A program made the translations under genes and the position numbers. Of a stretch of 35,690 bases of DNA, positions 7,654-16,602 are shown piece by piece. The notes under the pieces were generated by a model. That model was not told the origin of the DNA. It did no database searches and saw only the letters and a list, made by a program, of their open reading frames with translations. Source of the stretch: an uncultured Myxococcales bacterium (lineage in GTDB: Bacteria > Myxococcota_A > Polyangia > Fen-1088); contig CAYTTF010000005.1 in NCBI GenBank assembly GCA_964440665.1, positions 1-35,690 of the forward strand, in the 5' to 3' direction. Within the stretch, counting starts at the first letter, position 1. Every line of letters begins with the position of its first letter.

Positions 7654-10600
7654 GGCGTCCCGGGCGCCACGACCGGTGTCGCGGCGACCGGCTTGTCCGG
7701 CTTGTCCGGCCTTTCTTGCTTGGCCCGTTGGTCTTTCTGGCCTTCGTTCTCATCGGGCGCCGGGCTGGGCTTCTTGCCGCGGCGCAGGCGCGCCGCCAGG
7801 CGTTCCATGTAGAGGTAGATCACGGGCGTCGTGAAGAGGGTGAGGATCTGCGAGAGCAAGAGGCCGCCCACGATGGTGACCCCGAGCGGCCGGCGCAGCT
7901 CGTTGCCGCTCCCCGTGCCGAGCGCCAGCGGCAAGCCGCCGAGGAGCGCGGCCACCGTGGTCATCATGATCGGTCGGAAGCGCAGCAGGCAGGCCTGATG
8001 GATGGCTTCGCGGGGAGACTTCTTCTCGTCGCGCTCGGCCTCGAGCGCGAAGTCGATCATCATGATGGCGTTCTTCTTGACGATGCCGATGAGCAGCACG
8101 ATCCCGATGAGGGCTATGACCGTGAATTCGGATCGGGTGACCAGCAGCGCCAAAAAGGCCCCCACGCCGGCCGACGGGAGGCTCGACAGGATCGTGACCG
8201 GGTGGATGTAGCTTTCATAAAGCACGCCGAGCACGATGTAGACCGTCACGATCGCCGCCAGGATCAGCAGCGGCTCGGTGGAGAGCGAATCGCCAAAGGC
8301 GGCGGCCGCGCACTGGAAGTCGCCGTGCAGACCGACCGGAGCCCCCATCCCGATCACGGCCGTTCGCACGGCGTTGACGGCATCGCCGAGCGCCGCGCGC
8401 GGCGCCAGATTGAAGGAGAGCGTCACGGCGGGAAACTGCCCTTCGTGGGCGATCGAGATGGTCGTCTGCGTGCGCTCGAAATGGGCAAAGGCGCTCAAGG
8501 GAACCGCCTCGCCGCTGGCGGACCGCAGATAGATCTGGCCGAGCCCGTCGGGGTTCTGCTGGTACTGGGGCGCGACCTCGAGGATCACGCGATAGAGATT
8601 GAGCTGCGTGAAGATCGTCGACACCGGCCGCTGGCCGAAGGCATCATAGAGAGTGTCGTCGATGGCTTGCGCCGTGATCCCGATCCGGGAGGCGCTGTCC
8701 CGGTCGATGACCAGCGTCATTTGCAGCGCCCCGTCCTGCTGATCGCTGGCCACGTCGGCGAGCTCGGGGATCTTCTTCAGCCGATCGAGCACCTGGGGCG
8801 CCCAGAGCGACAGCTCCTTGGGGTCGGCGTCCTCGATGGTGTACTGGTACTGCGTCCGACTGACCTGGCTTTCGAGCTCGAGATCCTGCACGGCCTGCAG
8901 ATACACGCTCACCCCGCTGACCGCCGCCAGCTTGGTGCTCAAACGATCGATGATCTGTTGCGCGTTCGAGTGCCTCTGGTCGCGCGGTTTGAGGTTGATC
9001 GACAGGCGTCCGCTGGACAGCGTGGGGTTGCTTCCGTCGGCGCCGATGAACGACGACAGGTTCTGGACGTCTGGATCGGCGCGGACGATGTCGGCGACGG
9101 CGCGTTGGCGGTCCATCATGGCCGGGAACGAGATGTCCGGCGGGGCCTCGGTGATTCCCAGCAGCATGCCGGTATCCTGTTGTGGGAAGAGGCCTTTCGG
9201 GATCACGACCGCCAGCACGATCGTGAGCGCGATGGTCGCGACGGTGGCCATCAGCGTCAATGCCTGGTGGTCGAAGATCCACCCCAGGCAACGGTCGTAG
9301 ACCTTGACCATCCAGTCGAAGGCCTTCTCCGAGGCGCCGGCGATGCGGCTTTCGTCCTCGGGCTTGGTGGGGCGCAGGATGTGCGCGCACATCATCGCCG
9401 TCAGCGTGAGCGAGATGATCCCGGACGCGACGATCGCGATGCTGAGCGTGACCGCGAACTCACGGAACAGCCGCCCGATGACGCCGCCCATGAACAGCAG
9501 TGGAATCAGCACCGCGACCAGCGAGACGGTCAGCGACAGGATGGTGAAGCCGATCTGCTTCGAGCCCTTGAGCGCGGCGGTGAAGGGCGGATCGCCGAGC
9601 TCGATGTGCCGGGAGATGTTCTCGATCATGACGATGGCGTCGTCGACCACGAACCCGGTCGAGATGGTGAGCGCCATCAAGGTCAGGTTGTTGAGGCTGT
9701 AGCCGAGCAGCAACATCACGCCGAAGGTCGCGATGAGCGACAGCGGCACCGCGACGCCCGGGATGATGGTGGCGCGGAAGTTTCGCAAGAACAGATAGAT
9801 GACCGCGACCACCAGGACCATCGTCAGCAGCAAGGTGAATTCGACGTCCCGCACGGAGGCGCGGACGGTCTCGGTGCGGTCCGAGAGAATTTCCACCTTG
9901 ATTCCCTGTGGCAGCGAGGCCTCGAGCCGGGGCAGGAGGGCCTTCACCCGCTCGGCGACCTCGATCAGGTTCGCGCCGGGCTGACGCTGGACATTGAGGA
10001 TCACGGCGGGGTGATCGTTGGCCCAGCCGGCCACCTGCGCGTTCTCCACGCCGTCGAGCACCTTGGCCACGTCGGTGAGCCGCACCGGTGCGCCGTTGAC
10101 GTAGGCGATGATGAGCGGCCCGTACCCCGCGGCGCTCAGCAGCTGATCGTTGGCGGAGACCAGATAATTCTGGCGGGGGCCGTCCAGGTTGCCCTTGGGC
10201 TGGTTGACGTTGGCGAGCGCGAGGACCGAACGGACGTCCTCGAGGCCGAGGCCGCGACCGGCCAGCGCGACGGGGTCGACCTGCACCCGCACCGCCGGCC
10301 GCTGGCCGCCGTTCAAGGTGACCAGTCCGACACCGGAGACCTGCGACAGCTTCTGCGCCAGGATCGAATCCGCGTAGTCATCGACCACGCTCAGCGCGGC
10401 GGTGTCGGAGGTGATGGAGAGCGAGATGACCGGGACGTCGGCCGGGTTGCTCTTGCTGTAGGTGGGCGGCGTCGGCAGCGTCTTGGGCAGCAGGTTCGAC
10501 GCGGCGTTGAGCGCCGCCTGGACGTCCTGCTCGGCCGAATCGATGTCGCGATCGAGCGTGAACTGCAGCGTGATCTGCGAGCTGGCAGCGCTGCTGACGG

Positions 10601-10844
10601 ACGTCAGGTGCGCCAGCGACGGAATCTGTCCCAGCTGCCTTTCCAGCGGCGTGGTCACCGCCGAGACCATCGTGTCAGCGCTGGCGCCCGGCAGGATGGT
10701 CGAGACCACGATGGTCGGGTAGTCGACCTGGGGGAGGGCGGCGACGGGCAGCTGGTTGTAGGCGGCGACGCCCGCCACCGCGACGCCGATCATGAGCAGC
10801 GCGGTGCCGACCGGGCGTCGGATGAACGGCTCGGAGATGTTCAC
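7650..10844 (-). CDS. mdtB: RND efflux permease, MdtB-like (HAE-1 type).
   Basis: I chose the GTG at 10844 (VNISEPFIRRPVGTALL..., parallel to the MNISAPF start of mdtC). It overlaps the mdtA stop as GTGA. The N-terminus LPQVDYPTIVVSTILPGASADTMVSAVTTPLERQLG is MdtB-like, and GFVVDDAIVMIEN is present. The ORF-track start at 10940 would add 32 unrelated residues. Confidence 0.92.
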   Translation of the reverse strand: MNISEPFIRRPVGTALLMIGVAVAGVAAYNQLPVAALPQVDYPTIVVSTILPGASADTMVSAVTTPLERQLGQIPSLAHLTSVSSAASSQITLQFTLDRDIDSAEQDVQAALNAASNLLPKTLPTPPTYSKSNPADVPVISLSITSDTAALSVVDDYADSILAQKLSQVSGVGLVTLNGGQRPAVRVQVDPVALAGRGLGLEDVRSVLALANVNQPKGNLDGPRQNYLVSANDQLLSAAGYGPLIIAYVNGAPVRLTDVAKVLDGVENAQVAGWANDHPAVILNVQRQPGANLIEVAERVKALLPRLEASLPQGIKVEILSDRTETVRASVRDVEFTLLLTMVLVVAVIYLFLRNFRATIIPGVAVPLSLIATFGVMLLLGYSLNNLTLMALTISTGFVVDDAIVMIENISRHIELGDPPFTAALKGSKQIGFTILSLTVSLVAVLIPLLFMGGVIGRLFREFAVTLSIAIVASGIISLTLTAMMCAHILRPTKPEDESRIAGASEKAFDWMVKVYDRCLGWIFDHQALTLMATVATIALTIVLAVVIPKGLFPQQDTGMLLGITEAPPDISFPAMMDRQRAVADIVRADPDVQNLSSFIGADGSNPTLSSGRLSINLKPRDQRHSNAQQIIDRLSTKLAAVSGVSVYLQAVQDLELESQVSRTQYQYTIEDADPKELSLWAPQVLDRLKKIPELADVASDQQDGALQMTLVIDRDSASRIGITAQAIDDTLYDAFGQRPVSTIFTQLNLYRVILEVAPQYQQNPDGLGQIYLRSASGEAVPLSAFAHFERTQTTISIAHEGQFPAVTLSFNLAPRAALGDAVNAVRTAVIGMGAPVGLHGDFQCAAAAFGDSLSTEPLLILAAIVTVYIVLGVLYESYIHPVTILSSLPSAGVGAFLALLVTRSEFTVIALIGIVLLIGIVKKNAIMMIDFALEAERDEKKSPREAIHQACLLRFRPIMMTTVAALLGGLPLALGTGSGNELRRPLGVTIVGGLLLSQILTLFTTPVIYLYMERLAARLRRGKKPSPAPDENEGQKDQRAKQERPDKPDKPVAATPVVAPGTP

Positions 10845-12160
10845 TGTTGCGGCCGCCCGGTCGTTGTATTCGGGGACCCTGAGAGGGTCCCCGTGCCCCC
10901 CCGCGAAGGACTCTGCCGGGCTGAGCCCGGCTCCGTCCACGCGCCGGCGCCTCCCGTCCCGGCTGCCCGGCCGCTGGCGCCACCCGTTCCGCGGCCGTTG
11001 CCCGCGTCGCGCAGCGAGACGCGCGCTCCGGGACGCAGCTGGCTCTGTCCCTCGCGCACGACCCGGTCGCCCGCCGAGAGGCCCTGGGAAACGACGGCGT
11101 CCTCACCTTCGATCCGCTCCACGGTCACGTTACGCAGGTCCGCCTTCTCACCCTCGACGATGTACACGAACGTCCCCTGCGGGCCGCGCTGTACCGCCGC
11201 CGCGGGAATCACCAACGCCCCCTTGCGGACCATCAGGCGCAGGCGCGTCTTGACGAACTCGTTTGGCCACAACACATGGCTCGGATTGGAAAAGACCGCC
11301 TTGAGCCGGATGGTGGCCGTTCCCTGGTTGATCTGGTTGTCGATCAACAGAAGCTGCCCCTTGCCCAGCGTCTTCGCGCCATCTCGGCTGCGGGCTTCCA
11401 CCTCGAGCGGGCTCTGCGCTTGCTGGCGCGCAATGTCGGGCAGGTCGTCCTGCGGCAGGGTGAACAGCACCGCGATGGGATCCATCTGCGCCACCACCAC
11501 GATGCCCCCCGTGTCGGCGGCGTGCACGATGTTGCCGGGATCGACGAGGCGCACGCCGGTCACGCCGTCGATGGGCGACTTGATGCGCGCGTAGTCGAGC
11601 TGCAGCTTGGCGTTTTCGATCGTCGCCTGATCGTTTTGCACCGTGCCCTTGTATTGCTCGACCAGCGCCCGCTGGTCGTCGATCTGCTGTTGCGGCAGCA
11701 GGTGCTGCCCGCCGACCGCCTCGTAGCGATCGAGATCGCGCTTTGCCCCCTCGTACTGCCCGGTATCGCGCGCCAACGCCGCTTCTCCCTGATGGAGCAA
11801 GATGGTGAACGGACGCGGATCGATCTGCGCGAGAACCTCGCCACGCTTGACCGTCTGGCCCTCTTTGAAATCGACCCGGTCCATCCGCCCGTCGACCTGC
11901 GAGCGGACGTTGACGGTCTTGTACGCCGTGACCGAGCCAAGCCCTTCCAGATAGATCGGGACGTCGCGAATCGTGGCGTTCGAGACCAGAACCGGGATCG
12001 CGCGATCGCTCCCGGCGGCCCCGTGTCCGCTCTGGGCGGCCGCCATCTCTTCGCTTTTTCCGCAGCCGCACGCGGCAAGGACAGCAAAGGAGAGGAAGGC
12101 CGCCGAGGCGGCGACGGCGGCCAACGTCGTTCTTGGCGAAGGCTCTCTCTTGGCGTTCAT
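10841..12160 (-). CDS. mdtA: Membrane fusion (periplasmic adaptor) protein, MdtA/HlyD family, with a lipoprotein-like N-terminus and a 54-aa Gly-rich C-terminal tail.
   Basis: The N-terminus reads AAFLSFAVLAACGCGK. The body has a typical MFP layout (...VTAYKTVNVRSQVDGRMDRVDFKEGQTVKRGEVLAQIDPRPF...coiled coil...IDGVTGVRLVDPGNIV...). The start overlaps the tolC-like stop (ATGA). Confidence 0.9.
   Translation of the reverse strand: MNAKREPSPRTTLAAVAASAAFLSFAVLAACGCGKSEEMAAAQSGHGAAGSDRAIPVLVSNATIRDVPIYLEGLGSVTAYKTVNVRSQVDGRMDRVDFKEGQTVKRGEVLAQIDPRPFTILLHQGEAALARDTGQYEGAKRDLDRYEAVGGQHLLPQQQIDDQRALVEQYKGTVQNDQATIENAKLQLDYARIKSPIDGVTGVRLVDPGNIVHAADTGGIVVVAQMDPIAVLFTLPQDDLPDIARQQAQSPLEVEARSRDGAKTLGKGQLLLIDNQINQGTATIRLKAVFSNPSHVLWPNEFVKTRLRLMVRKGALVIPAAAVQRGPQGTFVYIVEGEKADLRNVTVERIEGEDAVVSQGLSAGDRVVREGQSQLRPGARVSLRDAGNGRGTGGASGRAAGTGGAGAWTEPGSARQSPSRGGTGTLSGSPNTTTGRPQQ
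10872..10892. repeat. Perfect palindrome GGGGACCCT-GAG-AGGGTCCCC, a REP-like element inside the 3' tail of mdtA, 28-48 nt upstream of the mdtB start.
   Basis: This is a 9-bp stem with a 3-nt loop read directly from the sequence. Related copies are at 18082-18104 and 25405-25426. Confidence 0.6.
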
Positions 12161-13551
12161 CGGTCCCCCAGGGCGGCGAGGAGCTGCGCGCGCGCGGAAG
12201 CCAGGTTGAACTGTGCCTGAACCCGCTGTGCCTCCGCGGTGGTGTACGCGACCTGTGCATCGCCGAGCTCGACCGCGCTGCCGAGGCCGTGCGCGTAGCG
12301 CTTTTCGGCGAGGGTGAGCTGGTCACGCGCATTCACGGCCGCCTCTTCGGCGGCGCCGATGGTGGCCTTGGCGGCCTGTATGCCCAGCCGCCCCTGCTCG
12401 ACGTCGACCTCCACTTGAAGGCGCTCCGCCGCCTCCTGCCCGGCGAGGTTCTCGAGCGTCCCTTTCGCCTCTCGCACCTGCCCGCGGGTGAGCCCGCCCT
12501 GGAAGATGTTCCAGCTCAGCACCAGACCGGCATACCAGTTGGGCACCAACCCGTCGATCGCGACCCCGTTGTCCGAGACATTGGCGATGGCGCCCAGGCT
12601 CGGGGCGTAAGCGCCGCGCAGCGAGGCGACGGTCAGCTCCTGTGCGCGCCGCTGATCCACCAGGTTGGCGACCTCCGGGCGGACGCGGAGGGCGCGGTCG
12701 GCAAGTGGGCCGGAAGGGCCGTCCTCGCCGGGGACTGGTTGCATTTCTTCGTCGGTGATCGCGAACCGCCCCGCCACCGGGACCCCCATCGCCTGCGCGA
12801 GCTGCGCCTCGGCCACCTCGAAGTTGTTCTGTGCCATCACCAGCTGGACCTTTGCGTTGGCCAGCGCCGTCAGGACCGTCGCGAGGTTGATATCTGGCTG
12901 GATGCCGGTCTTGACGAACGCCCGGGTCTGCTCCACGTGTTTCTCCTGGTTCCGCAACGACTCTTCTGCGACCGCCACCAGATCGTGCTGCGCCCGCACC
13001 TGGAAGTACGCGCGTCGGACGTTGAGCAGCGTCTGCAGCTCGGCGGTACGCGTGTTGTCGAAGGCCGCGTCTCGACTGGCGCCGGCTGAGCGCCATTTGC
13101 CGCTGGTCAGGCCGAAGTCGTAGATGAGCTGCGTGGCCGTCGCCCCGAAGAGAAAATAGTTGTACTTCGGATCCCAGCTCACGGGCGCGGTGTTGGTGCC
13201 GGTCGTACCTGTGCCGGTCGTGCCTGTACCGGTCATCCCTGTGCCGGCCGTGCCGGCGGGTAGGGCGCCCGGACGCGGCGCGAAGTTCCCGGTCGAACGC
13301 TCGTAGGTTCCGTTCAAGGTCACCTGGGGCAGGTACCCGGACCGCGACTCCTCGACGCGGCCCTCGGCCGCCTCGAGCAGGCCGTGCGATTGCTGGATCG
13401 TTGGTTGGTTGCGGAGCGCCGTCGCCTCCGCCTGGCTCAGCGTCAGCGACGTCACCGGCGCATTCGGATCGTCGGAGGTCGGCGCCGCCAGAACGAATCC
13501 TCCGATCAGCACGAGGGGAAGCAGCAGAGCGACGAGATGGCGGGGCGGCAT
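12157..13551 (-). CDS. Outer membrane efflux factor, TolC/OprM family, the first gene of the efflux operon.
   Basis: I chose the ATG at 13551 (MPPRHLVALLLPLVLIGGFVLAAPTS, a signal peptide). The body shows two TolC-type repeat halves (LTLSQAEATALRNQPTIQQS...; ...LTLAEKRYAHGLGSAVELGDAQVAYTTAEAQRVQAQFNLASARAQLLAALG). The longer ORF (GTG 13638) would run through the predicted sigma54 promoter. Confidence 0.87.
   Translation of the reverse strand: MPPRHLVALLLPLVLIGGFVLAAPTSDDPNAPVTSLTLSQAEATALRNQPTIQQSHGLLEAAEGRVEESRSGYLPQVTLNGTYERSTGNFAPRPGALPAGTAGTGMTGTGTTGTGTTGTNTAPVSWDPKYNYFLFGATATQLIYDFGLTSGKWRSAGASRDAAFDNTRTAELQTLLNVRRAYFQVRAQHDLVAVAEESLRNQEKHVEQTRAFVKTGIQPDINLATVLTALANAKVQLVMAQNNFEVAEAQLAQAMGVPVAGRFAITDEEMQPVPGEDGPSGPLADRALRVRPEVANLVDQRRAQELTVASLRGAYAPSLGAIANVSDNGVAIDGLVPNWYAGLVLSWNIFQGGLTRGQVREAKGTLENLAGQEAAERLQVEVDVEQGRLGIQAAKATIGAAEEAAVNARDQLTLAEKRYAHGLGSAVELGDAQVAYTTAEAQRVQAQFNLASARAQLLAALGDR
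13196..13255. repeat. Four in-frame copies of a 15-nt tandem repeat inside the tolC-like gene, encoding a Thr/Gly tract (TGTGMTGTGTTGTGTTGT).
   Basis: The units are gtgccggtcgtacct, gtgccggtcgtgcct, gtaccggtcatccct and gtgccggccgtgccg. Confidence 0.75.
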
Positions 13552-13610
13552 GGAGCGGCGACGTTTACCTGTAAGGCCAAAGACTGAGATCGGGAAGCGT
13601 GCTCGGGCAC

Positions 13611-13626
13611 CGCAACAAACGAGCCA
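13611..13626 (-). promoter_or_regulatory. Candidate sigma54 (-24/-12) promoter for the tolC-mdtABC operon.
   Basis: The minus strand reads TGGCTCGTTTGTTGCG, against the consensus TGGCACG-N4-TTGC. The GG and GC dinucleotides have exact canonical spacing. It lies ~60 nt upstream of ATG 13551, and a sigma54 activator gene is divergently encoded next door. Confidence 0.55.
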
Positions 13627-13722
13627 GAGCGGTACCACCTGTGGCGTTCCTCTGGTCAGGCGGATTCCGGGGCGCTAACCTGTATCAATTCTGGACACCT
13701 GTCAGTCGTGTGGGCAGCCCGT

Positions 13723-13746
13723 GACCGCGGCGAACGAAGCGCGGTC
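13723..13746. promoter_or_regulatory. Inverted repeat GACCGCG-N10-CGCGGTC, a candidate enhancer/UAS or operator in the divergent tolC/kinase region.
   Basis: It has 7-bp perfect arms and lies ~100-135 nt upstream of the sigma54 element (minus-strand orientation). It is also ~25 nt upstream of the kinase start. Confidence 0.3.
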
Positions 13747-13769
13747 GCACCAACCGAGCGGTATCGCGC

Positions 13770-15217
13770 TTGCTTGATACGCGGCGCGTGCGCCTCGGCC
13801 GACCCATCCGTCACCGTCTGCTGACCGTGGCGGTGCTCGGGCTCCTGACCGCGGCGCTCTCCGCCGATGCCCTTTACCGCGCCATCTCGGTCACCCGCGC
13901 GCAGCGCCTCGAGCGCGGTCGAGAGGCGGTGCGGGACGAGATCGACCGGCTGGCGGCGCAGGCGACCCCCGGGGCCCCCTCGGTCTCTGCCGCCGCCGTC
14001 TCTCCCATCGTCGGAATGCGGGGCGGTGTCGCGCCGGCTGCGAACGGGGCGCAGGCGATCGCGTCCGGGGTGCCGCTCGCCTGGTGCGCCGGCCTGGGGT
14101 CGCTGGCGGCGCGGGCATCTGGCGCCGGCGCACCCGTCGAGAGCGAGACCGAGATCGACGGCGGTCAGCTGGTCGCCCGGATGGTCCGGATGTTCCCCGA
14201 TCGCCTGCTGTGGGCCGCCGTGCTGGTTCGCCCTTCTCCAACCTTGCAGACCTGGCGCCTTCTGGTGGTGGCGCTGGCCTTTTCGGCGCTGCTCCTGGTG
14301 GCCAGCGCTTCGTACTCGCTCGTCACCGTCAATCGTGCCGCGGGCGCTCTGCGGGGCGCGCTGGCGGCGCTCGCCGACGATCTGACCGCGCCGGTGCCCC
14401 GCTTCCAGGTTCGAGAGCTGGACGACATTGCGGTCGGGATCGATACGCTGGCGCGGCGTTTGGAGGAGTCGCGCCGGATCCAGGAGAGGATGGTGGGGGA
14501 TCTCGCGCGACAGGAGCGGTTGGCGGCGCTGGGGCGGGTGGTCGCCGGCGTCGCGCACGAGGTGCGGAACCCGCTGGCCTCGATCAAGCTGCGTCTCGAC
14601 CTTGCGATCCGCGCCGAGGCCGCGCTCCCCAGCGCCGCGCGCTCCGCCATCGATCACGCCTCGTCCGAGATCATGCGGCTCGATCGGTTGGTCGCCGATC
14701 TCTTGATCGTGGCCGGACGGGCCGTCGGGACGCGAGCGTCGCTGGACGTAGGGTCGCTGCTGCGCGCGCGGGCCGAAGCCCTCGGTCCGTGGGCGGGGTT
14801 GCGGCGCATCGTCATCGACGTCCAGGGGCATGGGGAGGCGACGGTCGACGGGGACGCGCTGGCGCGCGCGCTCGACAACGTTCTGCGCAACGCGGTCGAG
14901 GCGTCGCCCGATGGCGCGGCGGTAGAAGCGACTGTCGAAGACGACGGGAGCTGGCTGCGCGTCCGGATTGCCGATCGGGGCGCGGGCGTGCTGCCCGGGC
15001 GGGCCGGCGAGATCTTCGAGCCCTTCTTCACCACCAAGCCGGACGGCACGGGGCTAGGGCTGGCAATCTCGCGGGCCATCGCGCGGGCGCACGGCGGCGA
15101 TCTGATCTACGGGCGACAGGGCGAGGTGACCCATCTCGAGCTCACGCTGCCGCAGGCCGGAGTTGCGGCCGGCGCGGGCGGACCGCGGCTCGATCTCCAG
15201 GCGCAGGCCGGTCGCGC

Positions 15218-15221
<4 letters not shown>
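13770..15221 (+). CDS. Membrane sensor histidine kinase (two TM helices, periplasmic loop, HAMP-like linker, HisKA, HATPase_c), ZraS/NtrB-like.
   Basis: The start is TTG at 13770 (GTG at 13788 is an alternative). The H-box is [15 protein letters not shown], the N-box [12 protein letters not shown]1 DRGAGV and G2 [18 protein letters not shown]. The stop overlaps the regulator start (ATGA). Confidence 0.88.
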
Positions 15222-16567
<1,346 letters not shown>

Positions 16568-16602
16568 GTCCGTCGCTGCCGAACCCGTGCTAGTCGTAGG
16601 CA

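Noticed and set aside
7503-11594. A 1363-aa + strand ORF antisense to mdtB/mdtA. Similar long antisense or shifted ORFs include 4588-5952, 6790-7812, 13656-14831, 16519-17742, 19132-20595, 27102-28460, 28662-30308 and 33953-35137.
   Set aside because: Their translations are Arg/Gly/Asp/His-rich low-complexity strings with no recognisable motifs. They lie opposite genes with unambiguous family signatures. Stop-free alternative frames are expected in DNA this GC-rich.
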